From contig OZ076409.1 of assembly GCA_964187785.1 (NCBI GenBank), forward strand, positions 11,968,001 through 12,032,000: a stretch of 64,000 bases of DNA, given 5' to 3'. Source of the stretch: Amphiscolops sp. MND2022. Taxonomy: Eukaryota. Below, in pieces: positions 12,918 to 23,989 of the stretch; the stretch's first letter is position 1, and the number at the start of each line of letters is the position of its first letter. The notes under the pieces are model-generated. The model did not search any database. It saw only the letters and a list, made by a program, of their open reading frames with translations, and was not told the origin of the DNA. The translations under genes and the position numbers were made by a program.

Positions 12918-13560
12918 ATGCCTTCTACCAGGAAGCAGAAAGCTAAAGAAAAGCGACCAAGACAATCTGACGTAATGTCAGACGTAGAAAACCTTGATAT
13001 AATGCTTGGAAGTTATTCCAGAGATGCACAAGTAGAGCAAGGTAACATTAGTGACGTTGAAGGGGACTTTGAGTCTGATAGACGCCAACAGAGCACCGAC
13101 TTAGTCGAAGGAAACTTCAGGTCACTCTTGAATACCAATGTAAGTGAAAATAGTGAAATTACGGCTGAAACTATGAGAGCAATTAACTCAGAAATTTCAT
13201 CGCAAATGTCCAGAAAATTAGATGAAATGAAATCAGATTTGAATTTGCAAATAATGGATGCTATAAACTCAGCAATTCAGGAAAAGGTACTTCCCTCCTG
13301 TGAAAATACGTTAAATTCGGTTAAAACCACTCAAAACACAAAATGGGACCTTCGGTCAGATGGACGGCATTCCGGTTTAGTAGGACAGTCTGCCTCCAAT
13401 AGTGACCCTCGGTCAAGTGGACGGCACCAAAGCGCACAAGCACCGTTAGACTTGAAATCAAGTGGAAATCGGCCAAAATCTAACCTTAAAGAGAGTAACC
13501 TTTACAATCGCTCCAGAGATAGTTCCGTAGATTCTATTGAGAGCGATGTCGGTTACGACA
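12918..13560 (+). CDS. Gag-like N-terminal ORF starting inside the LTR, cut at the LTR end
   Basis: MPSTRKQKAKEKR basic start, coiled-coil-like ISSQMSRKLDEMKSDL, open up to the terminal CA; TATA about 120 bp upstream. Confidence 0.6.
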
Positions 13561-13915
13561 CTAATCTTTTCATATCGTCGATGTCCTTCTTCATTTCTAG
13601 ATTGTTAGACACACACTTGAGACGATCATCAACATTTTCCAGACACCAACCACAGAACCACTTGCAGGCATCGATTGCTCCGATGACATTTAATTGCTTC
13701 TTGGACAAACCCGAACACTCTTCATGAAACCATATAGAGCACATGTCACACATTATTGCTAATTGACCATTTAGCACCTCCACATCACACTTCTTGCTAA
13801 TGCTTTGCGATGCCTCGTCATTTGTTGTACAATCTGCATTGTGATCCCCCCGATCTTCGGCCGATCTTTGAAATCCACTAGGGCTGCTTCTTATCGGCAC
13901 ACCACCATATCTCAT
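13561..13915 (-). pseudogene. PHD-finger ORF fragment (LINE ORF1-like or host), truncated by the LTR element
   Basis: C...IMCDMCSIWFHEECSGL...WFCGWC followed by a coiled-coil-like segment; cut at 13560. Confidence 0.7.
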
Positions 13916-14911
13916 CTATTTAATACGTTTATCACAACAATAACCACAACGAGGAATCCACAGTTGAATTCATGATTGTGCAATCTTGCAACATCAGTCA
14001 TAATCAGTTTGTGATTGTTCTCACTGACCTTGGTCAAAATTTCTTTTTCGGAATATTCCAAGATTGCCCAATGATGGTAAACTATAAAGTTTGATGTATA
14101 TAGAAAACAAAACTTTCCGAAAATCCATAATTTCGAGTACGCTTGTTGCCGCATCCCAGTAGTCAACACGTCAGACACGGTCCGAAACTGCGCCACGCTC
14201 GAGGCAGAAAAAAAACAAGTCTTCAAATCAGTTCCAAGAAAAATTTCAAAAAACAAAGGGTGGCTTTATGGTCTCATCTTTTTTTTGCAGGCGGCGTAAA
14301 AGTATCAATTATTGAAATGATGGACCTTTTGGTTGTTTTTAGTAAAGGCCCGGAAGTACGACATAGAATCTTTTCACAAAAATGGACCATCCTTAGTTGA
14401 GACTGCTGGAACTTTTTACATGCTGCTGGCCTGCATGCAGGAAAAACAAAAACCTTGAAAATTCAGTAAGTTTCTTGTTGTAAATCTTTCATACATTACG
14501 ATATATATGCCGCAAAAGTGGAATTTATCATCAAGTGTAATTAATAGTAATCATTAGTAATTAGACAGCATTTTCCACTACTGCAAAAAAATTAAAACAA
14601 TTCCACCGACTTTACATGCGATCGCATCGTATTTATACAGAATAGAGTAGATTAGAATAGAAAAGTTAGTTTATTTATTCCGAAATTTTTACATTAAAAA
14701 ACAATGGTTATAGCTACCTTTCAGAAAAGGACAAAAAAAACAAAAAAGCACAGAGGATTTAAATTGGGCAAGTTGAGCCAATTGTGGGATTTTCTTAGTA
14801 GATTTGTTGAACTTCGCTGTCTCAAAACAAGTCTGTCATAGGTAGAAGACCTCATGTTTGCTACTAGTATTGTAGTCGTGACTGGCCAGACTTGTAACAA
14901 GGTATAGCCTG

Positions 14912-15084
14912 CGCATACGGGACAATTTGCCGAAAGACAATTTGCCGAAAATTGACTACGGGACATTTTGCCGAATGATTTTCGGCAAATTGTCCTTCAC
15001 ATTCGGCAAATTAAGTTTCGGCAAATTGGGTTTCAGCAAATTGGGTTTCGGCAAATTGTGGTTCGGCAAATTGTCCCGTATCCG
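14912..15084. mobile_element. MITE with TIR TACGGGACAATTTGCCGAA and TTCGGCAAATT subterminal repeats; related partial copy at 15355-15490
   Basis: Inverted repeats near 14916 and at 15062-15080. Confidence 0.7.
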
Positions 15085-15549
15085 GTTTTTGCTCCTGCGA
15101 AGCGTTTAAAATAGATGAGGTACTTCTCCCCACCTAATATGGGTCATTAACGGTGTATGCACGCTCGCCCTCACCGTCGCAAAGACCAGCTCCCACTACG
15201 ATCGCTTCGCGATCTCCGTTTCCGCTAGGTCTTTGCTCCTGTTCGACCTCGCTTAGCAAGAAGGGGACATAAGCGGCCCAAGGGGCCGCGGGGCACTAGA
15301 AGAAATAGGGGCATATCCGACGGCCAAAAGCATTGTTATTTGAAAACGCTAGGTATTCGGCAGAATGTCCCTACAAAATTCGGTAAATTCAAAGGGAAAA
15401 TTTGCCGAAAAAAATTTCGGCAAAATGTCCTTCACGTTCGGCAAATTGGGTTTCGACAAATTGTCTTCCGGCAAATTGTCCTTAACCCTACCCTGGGTGA
15501 CTTGAATCGTATTTGTTCGAAAACCTCTTTCACCATTTCGACGATAAAC

Positions 15550-18500
15550 ATTCTGTAGATTTTGAAAATTGTTTCTCGTTCAAACGTCTTGTATAGTGTC
15601 CCATTTTCGTCGCTAGGAACATGCCCAGAAACGTCTTCGCTGTGCTTTTTCTATAGAAGGTGGTTTTGTTGGCAAAGGCGCAGTTGATGAGACCATACAA
15701 AAATACTGATTGAGCATTAGAATAATGAAACGACAAAGGACATTTTGTAGGAAACAGTGACTGATCTTTTATACTAGTCCATGGAATTTTTTCCACAGAA
15801 AGCGTCCAATTAAAACACCTGAGTACAGACAATGAGATTGCGAACAAATTTCGGCACCGAGCGTCTCAAATAGAGAAGGTTCACTAGCCTTAAAGCTTAT
15901 TCGCGTTTAACGGTTTAATGGTCAGTTTTTAGACTCTGAACCAGTTGGCTACGTTGCAAACTTTGTCTTCTGCTTCAGCGCGGCTAAAGTTATATAGTCA
16001 GGTATTGTCATCAAACAGCGCAATTCGACTTTCTTGGATACAGTCTGGTAAATCATTGATGTACAGTAAAAAGGCCGCGAAAAGATCCTTGCGGCACTCC
16101 GGTTGTTAGTGTTGTTATCGAAAAGTTTTTACACTGATCTAAACCATACTGACTGACTTCGATTATGTAAATAGTTTTGGATAATATGGAAAATGGAATC
16201 AATGAATACATACAGTTCCAGTTTTGACGATAGTACTTTATGATTTATAGTGCTATTGCGTTTTTTTCTGATCGATGAAGCTAACATAACCTCCATTTCT
16301 TTTATCAATTTCTTGTCTTTTACATTCATTTGCTTCACTGATTGCATTCGAGCGTTTGTAAGTTTCTGTGTCTAAAACTCAGAGTTTTGTGTTTGGGTAC
16401 AAACGTTGTCAATCTTTTTAATAGCAATTTCCCAAAAACTTTGTTCATTGATGTCAAAAAGCTGAGATGACGAGGAATTTCAGGTTGATTTTTATCACCA
16501 TTTTTGAAGAATGGCCTTTCTCCAGCAGTTTTTTTTGTTTCGGGAAATATTCGATCCTCTAAAACTTTGTTGAACATTTTTTTTTCAAAAAATGTCATTG
16601 TTAGGCGAACAGCAGTTAAGGATTTCCTTGCTGACCTTGTCATGACCAATGTTTGTCTTTTGGTTTCAGATTTTTCAGAAACTTCTTTTTTATGCTCATT
16701 TGTGTATGGTAGGACCGACACTGCCTATTGAATTCGCTCAGGTCGTCCAGGCTGCAGTCTGCTGAAGTTTTGTTCCTATCTTCCTCGTCTTTCAAATACT
16801 GGTAATGTTTTTTCATCTACGAGTTTGTTCCTAGTTTCTCATAAACATAATCTCGCCTTGCACATTTCTCAGATAGCGATATTTTTCTCTTTTTTTCAGT
16901 TGGTTGACATATCATTCTTGAAAAAAATATCTCTTCTTTGATTCATTTGTTTCTTCAATGGCACGAATACTTCAATCAAGCAAAAAAAGAAGCTTTAAGG
17001 GCTTTGGTCTTTTAAGATTTCCCAAGCATCTCTTTTTGTTGATTTTGTCGTCCGCACTTTTTATAGCGGAACAAAAACCCAACTCCATTTCCACGGCATA
17101 ATGATCGGAAAAAGTTAGTTGAAGTGTGTTGGAAATACCCGGATAGCTGATGATTACGTGATCTACACATGTCGCTTATGTAGCAGTGACTCTGATTGGT
17201 AGGAAGTTTTTTCATCACTAAGAGAAACTACTTTCATTAACTTCTGCACTTCAATTGGTCGCAAGATTCACAAGCAGGTCTTTTTTGAAATCCTCAAAGA
17301 TAATGACATCATATTTTTGCTCATGTAGAAACATGAGCAGTTTTACAACCTCATCAAGAAAAATTGACTTTGACACTCTCAGGTGTATAGAAGCATAGAA
17401 CATTGATGACATTTTCAGTGAACAAGATCGGCATTCAATGGGTTGATAACCAGCAATATTGAAAGTAGATAAGTCATCACTTTCTGTGAGCCACGGTTCA
17501 GTGAGAGCAATCAGATGAGGCACGATGTTTGTAATCGTTCAATTCAACGAGAATTTCTTCAAAATGTTTCCGAAGTAATCCAATGCTCAAAACTAGACAA
17601 AAACAATGTCTAGATGGATTGTTCACAATAATTGATTGGTTCTCATCATAGTTCTTCCACTAAATGTAGAGTTGGCAGTTTCAGAATGTTGATTGCAGTC
17701 AAACTATATGGCAGTTTAAATGCGCTGTTTCAGAAATGATACGTTGAGAATTTTCATGTACGATAGAAGTTTGATCGCAAATAGTTTTATTGAAGATCCA
17801 TTGGTGCTGTTGGAATAATTGCTTTGTTGTCAGCTTGTACGTGAAGCGGGTTCAAGGTTGTACTTTTCAAAACTGGCATATATTCTTCTGAAGGAGACTT
17901 TCGTCTGAGTTTGAGTGCACAATCTGCTACCGCATAAATGACCTTTAACCCCTGTCGTTTGAACATGGTGTTCGTGTATCAGTTTTTTGACAGCCTTCTC
18001 TTTGATATTGTCTATAGCTTTTTTGAGTTCAGAACTACACTTCGAAAATTTCCTGCCGCATTCGCCAGGAACACTCTCATTTTATAATTTTGGATTGTTG
18101 TTTTCGAACCCTCTTGTTCTGCATACATTTTCAGCTAGTTTTGCAGTTTTGGTAGTCTTTCCTTGAAGAATACTGGGAAGCCACTTTTTGTGTTTTTTCT
18201 AAGCCAGCAAAGACTTACGTCCTAAACTTTTTTGTTTGTCTCCAAATCACACAAACATCACGATAGTCGCTGGGCACTCAGATAACTTTTGGAGCACTCA
18301 GATAATGACAAGTTTTGAAATTGGTTTCAACCCTCTTCCATTTCAAATAACAATTGAAAAAACACATACCTTTGTTGCATGTGGTAGAGTACCGTCTACA
18401 TCGAGCACGTTTTAAATGATCAGGAAATCTTTTGAAAAATACTTCTGTTTCCAGAATTCTGGTCTCCTCTTCGGTAACTCAATTTTATAATTGTGAAATG

Positions 18501-18780
18501 ACTTGGGTCTTCGGCAATTAGTTTGGATAAGATTTGCGCAAATTTCTTTGACTTCACTGTCTTCAGGCTGTTCAATTTCTTGTTTCATTTGAGTAAAGTC
18601 CATATTTGGAAGGCGACTCAGTTTTTTCAAACTCTTGTTTCGTTATATCGACGTTTCAATTCGGTTCATCAACGCGCTGACACAACCGTTCAACAGCTCA
18701 TCTATCAAATGCTTTCTGATGATTTCTCAACTACAGATCTGATTGAGTCACCGCTTCTCAAATAAGGCGCTGAAAATGAC
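15550..18780 (-). mobile_element. Degenerate non-LTR retrotransposon (CR1/L2-like LINE): ORF1 remnants, APE endonuclease and RT fragments; ends approximate
   Basis: LIALTEPWL, NIAGYQ, DVIIFEDF (endonuclease); FKNGDK...SKVFGKLL-like, INHKVL..KLELY, NYLHNRSQSV, PQGS, YINDL (RT); many stops and frameshifts. Confidence 0.8.
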
Positions 18781-21232
18781 GCTAGTTTGTTGTTTATATT
18801 GTGGATGAATTTATTTTCCATTAAATGGCGCTTAAATTGTTGACGCCTCAGCGGCATTTTAAATTGGAGATGATACATATTGAACATTGAAGAACCTCAC
18901 GGCTTGAAATTGCCGCCAAAACTTTGATGATTCTTTGATGAAGCAGCTTGATGAAAGTTGACGACAAACGGGAATTATGAACGCATGAAAGTTTCCGCTA
19001 ATTTCAGAAAATCATTATAAAATTTGCTGACAACTTTGAAGAACATTTTAAAAAGTTCAAGCGAGCATATTCAACATGGGATATGTCTTATTCCATCAAA
19101 GTTTCTGATTCTATCGCGGAGAAAACTTGCGTTAAATGAGGGACCTTTTTGTACGATTTTAGATTGTTCCTGTTTTGGACAATAATATTAAAACTTTGGG
19201 TTATTTTTCGTTTGCTGCTTCAAAACAACTGTAAACACAATCGTCTAAGTTATTATATTCATATATTACTCACTTATTGGTGAAATATTCTCCAAGAATA
19301 GAATGTGCTTTCATGTTGTGAGGGGGGAATTGGAAACAAGGAATATGGTACCTGGGAATATTGTACCTGGAATATTGTACCTGGAATGGGAGATAGTTGT
19401 TGTCGGTTGCGGGGAATTGGGGTGTTGGGGAAATGAGATGCACGGTCCAAAAATTAATACAAATCAGTCAGTCCTAATGGCCTTTAAAACGTCACATGTG
19501 ACTATAACCTGCACATTCTGAAAGAAGCAGTCACCCAAAAGACCAGTCGTGTAATGCTGAATTCATTGCACCAAAAAAACACTGAATTTCCTCACATTAT
19601 GATAAAATACAAAAGATTTCACATATACGAGGGCAGTGTAAAATTCAAATTAATGATAATAATGACAATTCTTGTAAATTACTTATTCAAATTATCATTT
19701 AAACCGATACTCACTCCAACATTTCCCGGTACACCAAACACCAGGTAACACCAAATACAGTACATACTCATACAAAATAATAAAACCATTTATCTTTTGA
19801 TGTAAGTTAGTAATGATTTCAAAATTATTCGAAAAAACAATGACAACCCCATGGCGTATGATCCTGGTCTTCGATAGGTGCCCGTGTTGACCTCCTTACA
19901 AAAAACATTCAAATCATATAAAGTCATTTTCTGATGTTTCGATTTTGTATCAAAATTAAGATGAGGTTCCAACGAAAAAGGCCTTTTCGATTAATCCTAG
20001 TCTGAATTGAATTTTGTGATGATTTTGTGGACTAGCAGAACATGAGTTCCATAAAAGAGCCATACTTCAAAAACATGGGTTCCATGAAAGGATCATACTC
20101 TAAAAACTTGACTCTGAAAGCAGCAGCGTAGAATCATGAAACAAATACATGTATATTGTTCAATTTTGGCAACAGCTTTTGTCGGCTAACTCATTATGAT
20201 TCATGAATGAAATTATTCGAATTTGTACACATCACTGAAAATGCATGAAAATCATTTTCAAAATGCATAACTGAAATCAGCAATTCCCTTGATGAATAGA
20301 ATATTCAATGAGCGTCTGCGACGTGCTCAAAGCATTGTTTTTGATTATTTCAGAGATGAAAAGTTCTTTGCTTTGTGACTGATGAAGCGCCGTGCAGTGT
20401 ATTACATGCCAAAGTCAGATTTGTTCTTACATCTAACTCGCCTATCTAAATCGTGTAACTGTGTTATACAAGGTAACTGTAACTGTGGTAATACAAGGCC
20501 ATTATAATTCCATTTACGGCAGCGACAAATTTCTCCCATCCTGTTCCAAAAAATCGTTAATAAATCTTTCCTCCGGTTTGTTTCATTGAAAATCTACCAA
20601 CCAAGGAGTCAGAAATCCACCACTGCCGATGTTCCGACGTAAAATTTCACACCTTCTATATAAGGAAATGTTTCCTGATTTTTGACCAGACCAATTTTTT
20701 TCGACCCATAACGGAATTATTCATCGATTTGTGAAAAATTCCCTCAATCGCACAAAAAGATCTGCGAAAAAAATCAGTGTAGTACGTGCAGTTACGTTGT
20801 CGCGACCATATCATGTCAACCCAAAAATAATTGAATTGGATTTTTGGCGTTCTTGGATTATTTGGTTGAAATAGTAGCTGTGATAATGAAAAAAGTGTCG
20901 ACCGATGATGCTGGAGATCATCCTAAAGAATTTTCATATGTCCAGGTTAGCTAAATCCAGGTTATCTAGATCATCTTTCTTTCACCAAAATAACCGCGGA
21001 AGTATTGGGTAAGGTAGTCGTGATTTTAACAGAACAGGATTATAGCCGAATCTACATGCATTAACTTTCATTTTTCGGACTACATACATACTTTACATTT
21101 TTCGGACGGTATAATTGTTAAATAATAGTTACGAAGTTGAAGCTTCTTTCTCAAGGGGTTTAGCCTATTAAAATTGAGAATTCAATTATATTCGTCTATA
21201 ATACTATTCGTCTTTAATCTCGTTCGGCTATA

Positions 21233-22041
21233 ACCCATGTTGAGCTTTCCTTGAGAATCTGTACAGATCTGTGAGCCAATTTTCCTTGAGGATCTGTAAA
21301 GATCGTGCCACTGCTACGTAAGGACAACTGCAGATCTGCAAGGATCTTTACAGATGTTCAAAGATTTTCTGTACAGATTTCTCAGGAAATTTTTTTCCGG
21401 ACCTTCTAGTGAAACTATGCATTTCATTTTTTAGCTTCTTCAGTAGATATTTTTGCTGATCAAGGCTCAGTCACTTGAAATTCTCCATCACTCAAAATTC
21501 TTGAGCAGAAAATCCGTCCCCATCACGGTAATTTTGGTGTCTAGGGAATGTTCGGTGTTGGTTATACACTGTAATTTATCCATTTCACTTGAACTTTCCA
21601 GAAGTGGTTTTTCAACTTTGAGAGGCTCGTTTGCCATATTGACTTCGTTTTGACGGATGAAATTTGACATGCGACAACCTTCTGGGTTGGTAGAGGTGTT
21701 GATAAAGTGCTGTGGTTGTAATATTTCGGGAACATGGTTTGCTGGTGTAGTTTTAGTAATTGTTGGAAACTCGGAATACGTTATAGTAATTTATTGGTAT
21801 GGTTAATTTTTAACAAATCCTGGAATATCTGCAAGGATCTGTACAGATCTGTACAGATTCGCACAGAAACTTTTTTAAAAACTTCAAATAAGAAGTGTGT
21901 TTTTTTGTAGAGCACTTTTTAACCAACTAATTTCTTTTCCGAAAAGTGAATTTATGACTATTCAATTTTCGAACAACCCTGGAATATCTGTCAGGATCTG
22001 TGCAGATCTGTACAGATTCGCAGGGAGTGTTCAACATGGGT
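21233..22041. mobile_element. MITE-like element with ACCCATGTTGA...TCAACATGGGT ends and GATCTGTACAGAT repeats
   Basis: Terminal and subterminal inverted repeats. Confidence 0.55.
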
Positions 22042-22050
22042 GTTCAAGTT

Positions 22051-22150
22051 AGCCAAATGGTTAAGCAATGGCTGACTTGAAGCATGCGGTGGTATGGATT
22101 AATCCATACCACCGCATGCTTCAAGTCAGCCATTGCTTAACCATTTGGCT
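22051..22150. repeat. Perfect 100-bp palindrome with no spacer
   Basis: 22051-22100 is the exact reverse complement of 22101-22150. Confidence 0.95.
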
Positions 22151-22399
22151 GCAAATGTGGTACCATAGTATCCGAAAGGGCACCGATTTAGAAATGCAGA
22201 ACAGAACTGCTTATTCAACGTTCACGCCGCGAAATTAAGGAAATAAACATTTTCTTCTTTCTCTATTTTTCCGAAAAATCAGACAGCAGGCAGACAATGG
22301 TCAGTGGTATTTAATTTAGTTCAAGTTTGTTGTTGAAAAAATTTCAGAAATATCTGCACAATCTTCAAATATTGCGTTTGTGACTAAGTTTTCGTTCTA

Positions 22400-22660
22400 G
22401 GTTTTTTTTTCAAAAATTTCCTTGCATGCATCCATGCAAAATGTAAAAAGTTCATGGATGTTCAAGGCTCCAAGGAAGAAGAACGTTTATTTCCCCAATT
22501 GCGTGGCGTGGACGCCGAATAAGCAGGTCTGTTCTCTAAGTTGTCGCCTTTTCAGATACTGTATATTTTCCGAACATGTATTATCCTAGTCGACTCTCCA
22601 TGAACTTTTTACATGTTGCATGGATGCATGCAGTGAAATTTTTGAAAAAAAAACTAGAAA
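22400..22660. repeat. Inverted pair of a dispersed repeat family (relatives near 14395, 23825, 42205)
   Basis: ~55-bp arms at ~22403-22458 and ~22597-22655; shared core GAACTTTTTACATG. Confidence 0.55.
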
Positions 22661-22981
22661 AAAACTATTTGGAGTGCATTATTTGAAGATTGAGAATATA
22701 TTATAACAGATTGTTCAGGCCTATGCAAGTTTACATGGGAGTCCATCGAATGTTCCAGTGGCGGAAAACTGTCAAATGCGCCAAATTTGTGTCGGTGTAG
22801 GAGTGTCTGTACGGATTGTTTGTTTCAAGATAATCCGGATTTGCAGTTACAGTCTAATTATATTAGAGGTACAAAGCCAGATTAATCTGCAACAAAATCC
22901 CTATCTCTGTCTCCCATGCAAACTGAACCCATGCATGATTAGAATTTAAAGATTTGAACAGTCTGTGAATTTGGAGATTTT

Positions 22982-23520
22982 TAGTCGGCGCTTTTCGAAG
23001 AAAAACGCAGACTATAGTAGTGACTTCTTTTTTTTAAGACCAACGAAGTGACAGATTTTATAAAGAGTTATAAATAGCTGCTAACAGTAACTGCAACGCT
23101 AGCTATCACTGCTGGCACTTGGCATAGAGGTTAATTAAGCTTTTTGAGGTCTGCCAAGCAGAAAGACGTGGGTTCGAGTCCCGCCCTTGATCAAAATTTT
23201 TTTGTGCAGGTTTTTTTCGGCTTTGTGAGACTTTTTTCGCAAATTTTTTTAATGTCTCCAAAGGGTCCACCATTCATTTTTTTTCTATTTTGCATAAGAA
23301 TGGATGTTCAAAACCTCCCAAAGGGCCCCCTTTTACAATTTTTCGGCACTATGCGACTTACCGGAGACCAAAAAATTTCGAAAAAAAACTTCAAAAAAAA
23401 TCGGATTTTTTTAAGTTTTCCTCACGCGGGTACTGTAGAAGAGAATACTTCACACTTTGAAGTCCTTTTGTTATTTTTGAGCCTTAGATATGGCGCCGAC
23501 TTGGGCCGTTCCCGGCTTGT
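22982..23520 (+). mobile_element. Helentron/HINE-like non-autonomous element, copy 1
   Basis: 5' TAGTCGGCGC, 3' GCGCCGACT (23493-23501), then hairpin GCCG-TTCC-CGGC; T-rich flanks, no TSD. Confidence 0.7.
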
Positions 23521-23989
23521 TTACCATTGAGCTGGTTTACATGGCAGCATTGTGCGCAGATAACGTTAGGAGCTTGATTTAATTTTGAGGTGGACGGTTC
23601 CTAACTTTAATGCACATTCGATTTGGAAAAGCTTGTGAGCAGCCTTTTCGCATAGTTTCTTTTCGATAAGAATTTTCATTGCATGTACTTATATACAAAT
23701 TAACTTAATATGAGAAAAACTATGCAAAAAAAGCTGCTCACAAGCTTTTAATACATACCCATGGCGCTCTCATTGCCGAAAGCGGTAAATTCTTCAGTTG
23801 AATTATTTAACTTGTTTACTTCCCTAGTCGAGACTGCTGTAACATTTTACATGCTACTTTCATGCATACAAAACTAATTTGATCCAAAACGGAAAATTCA
23901 GGAAGTCAAACTGACAAGATGTAGAGCTCAACTACATTAAAAAACAAAATTATCGCATAATAAAACGGTTATGGGAAAAAACGTCCATG

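Larger units (their letters stand above)
1..13560 (+). mobile_element. Large Ty3/Gypsy LTR retrotransposon (5' part outside window) with antisense spliced gene and ~4-kb 3' LTR
   Basis: pol in PR-RT-RH-IN order; purine tract GAGGAAGGGGA (9562-9572) followed by TGT at 9573; ends ...GGTTACGACA at 13560, exactly where an unrelated PHD ORF is cut. The 5' LTR and TSD are not visible. Confidence 0.85.
9573..13560 (+). repeat. Putative 3' LTR, ~3988 bp
   Basis: TG directly after the polypurine tract, terminal CA at 13560; CRE-like TGACGTCA sites; TATAAATA near 12797. No second copy in the window to confirm. Confidence 0.65.

Noticed and set aside
19341..19390. GGAATATTGTACCT x3
   Set aside because: Ordinary short minisatellite
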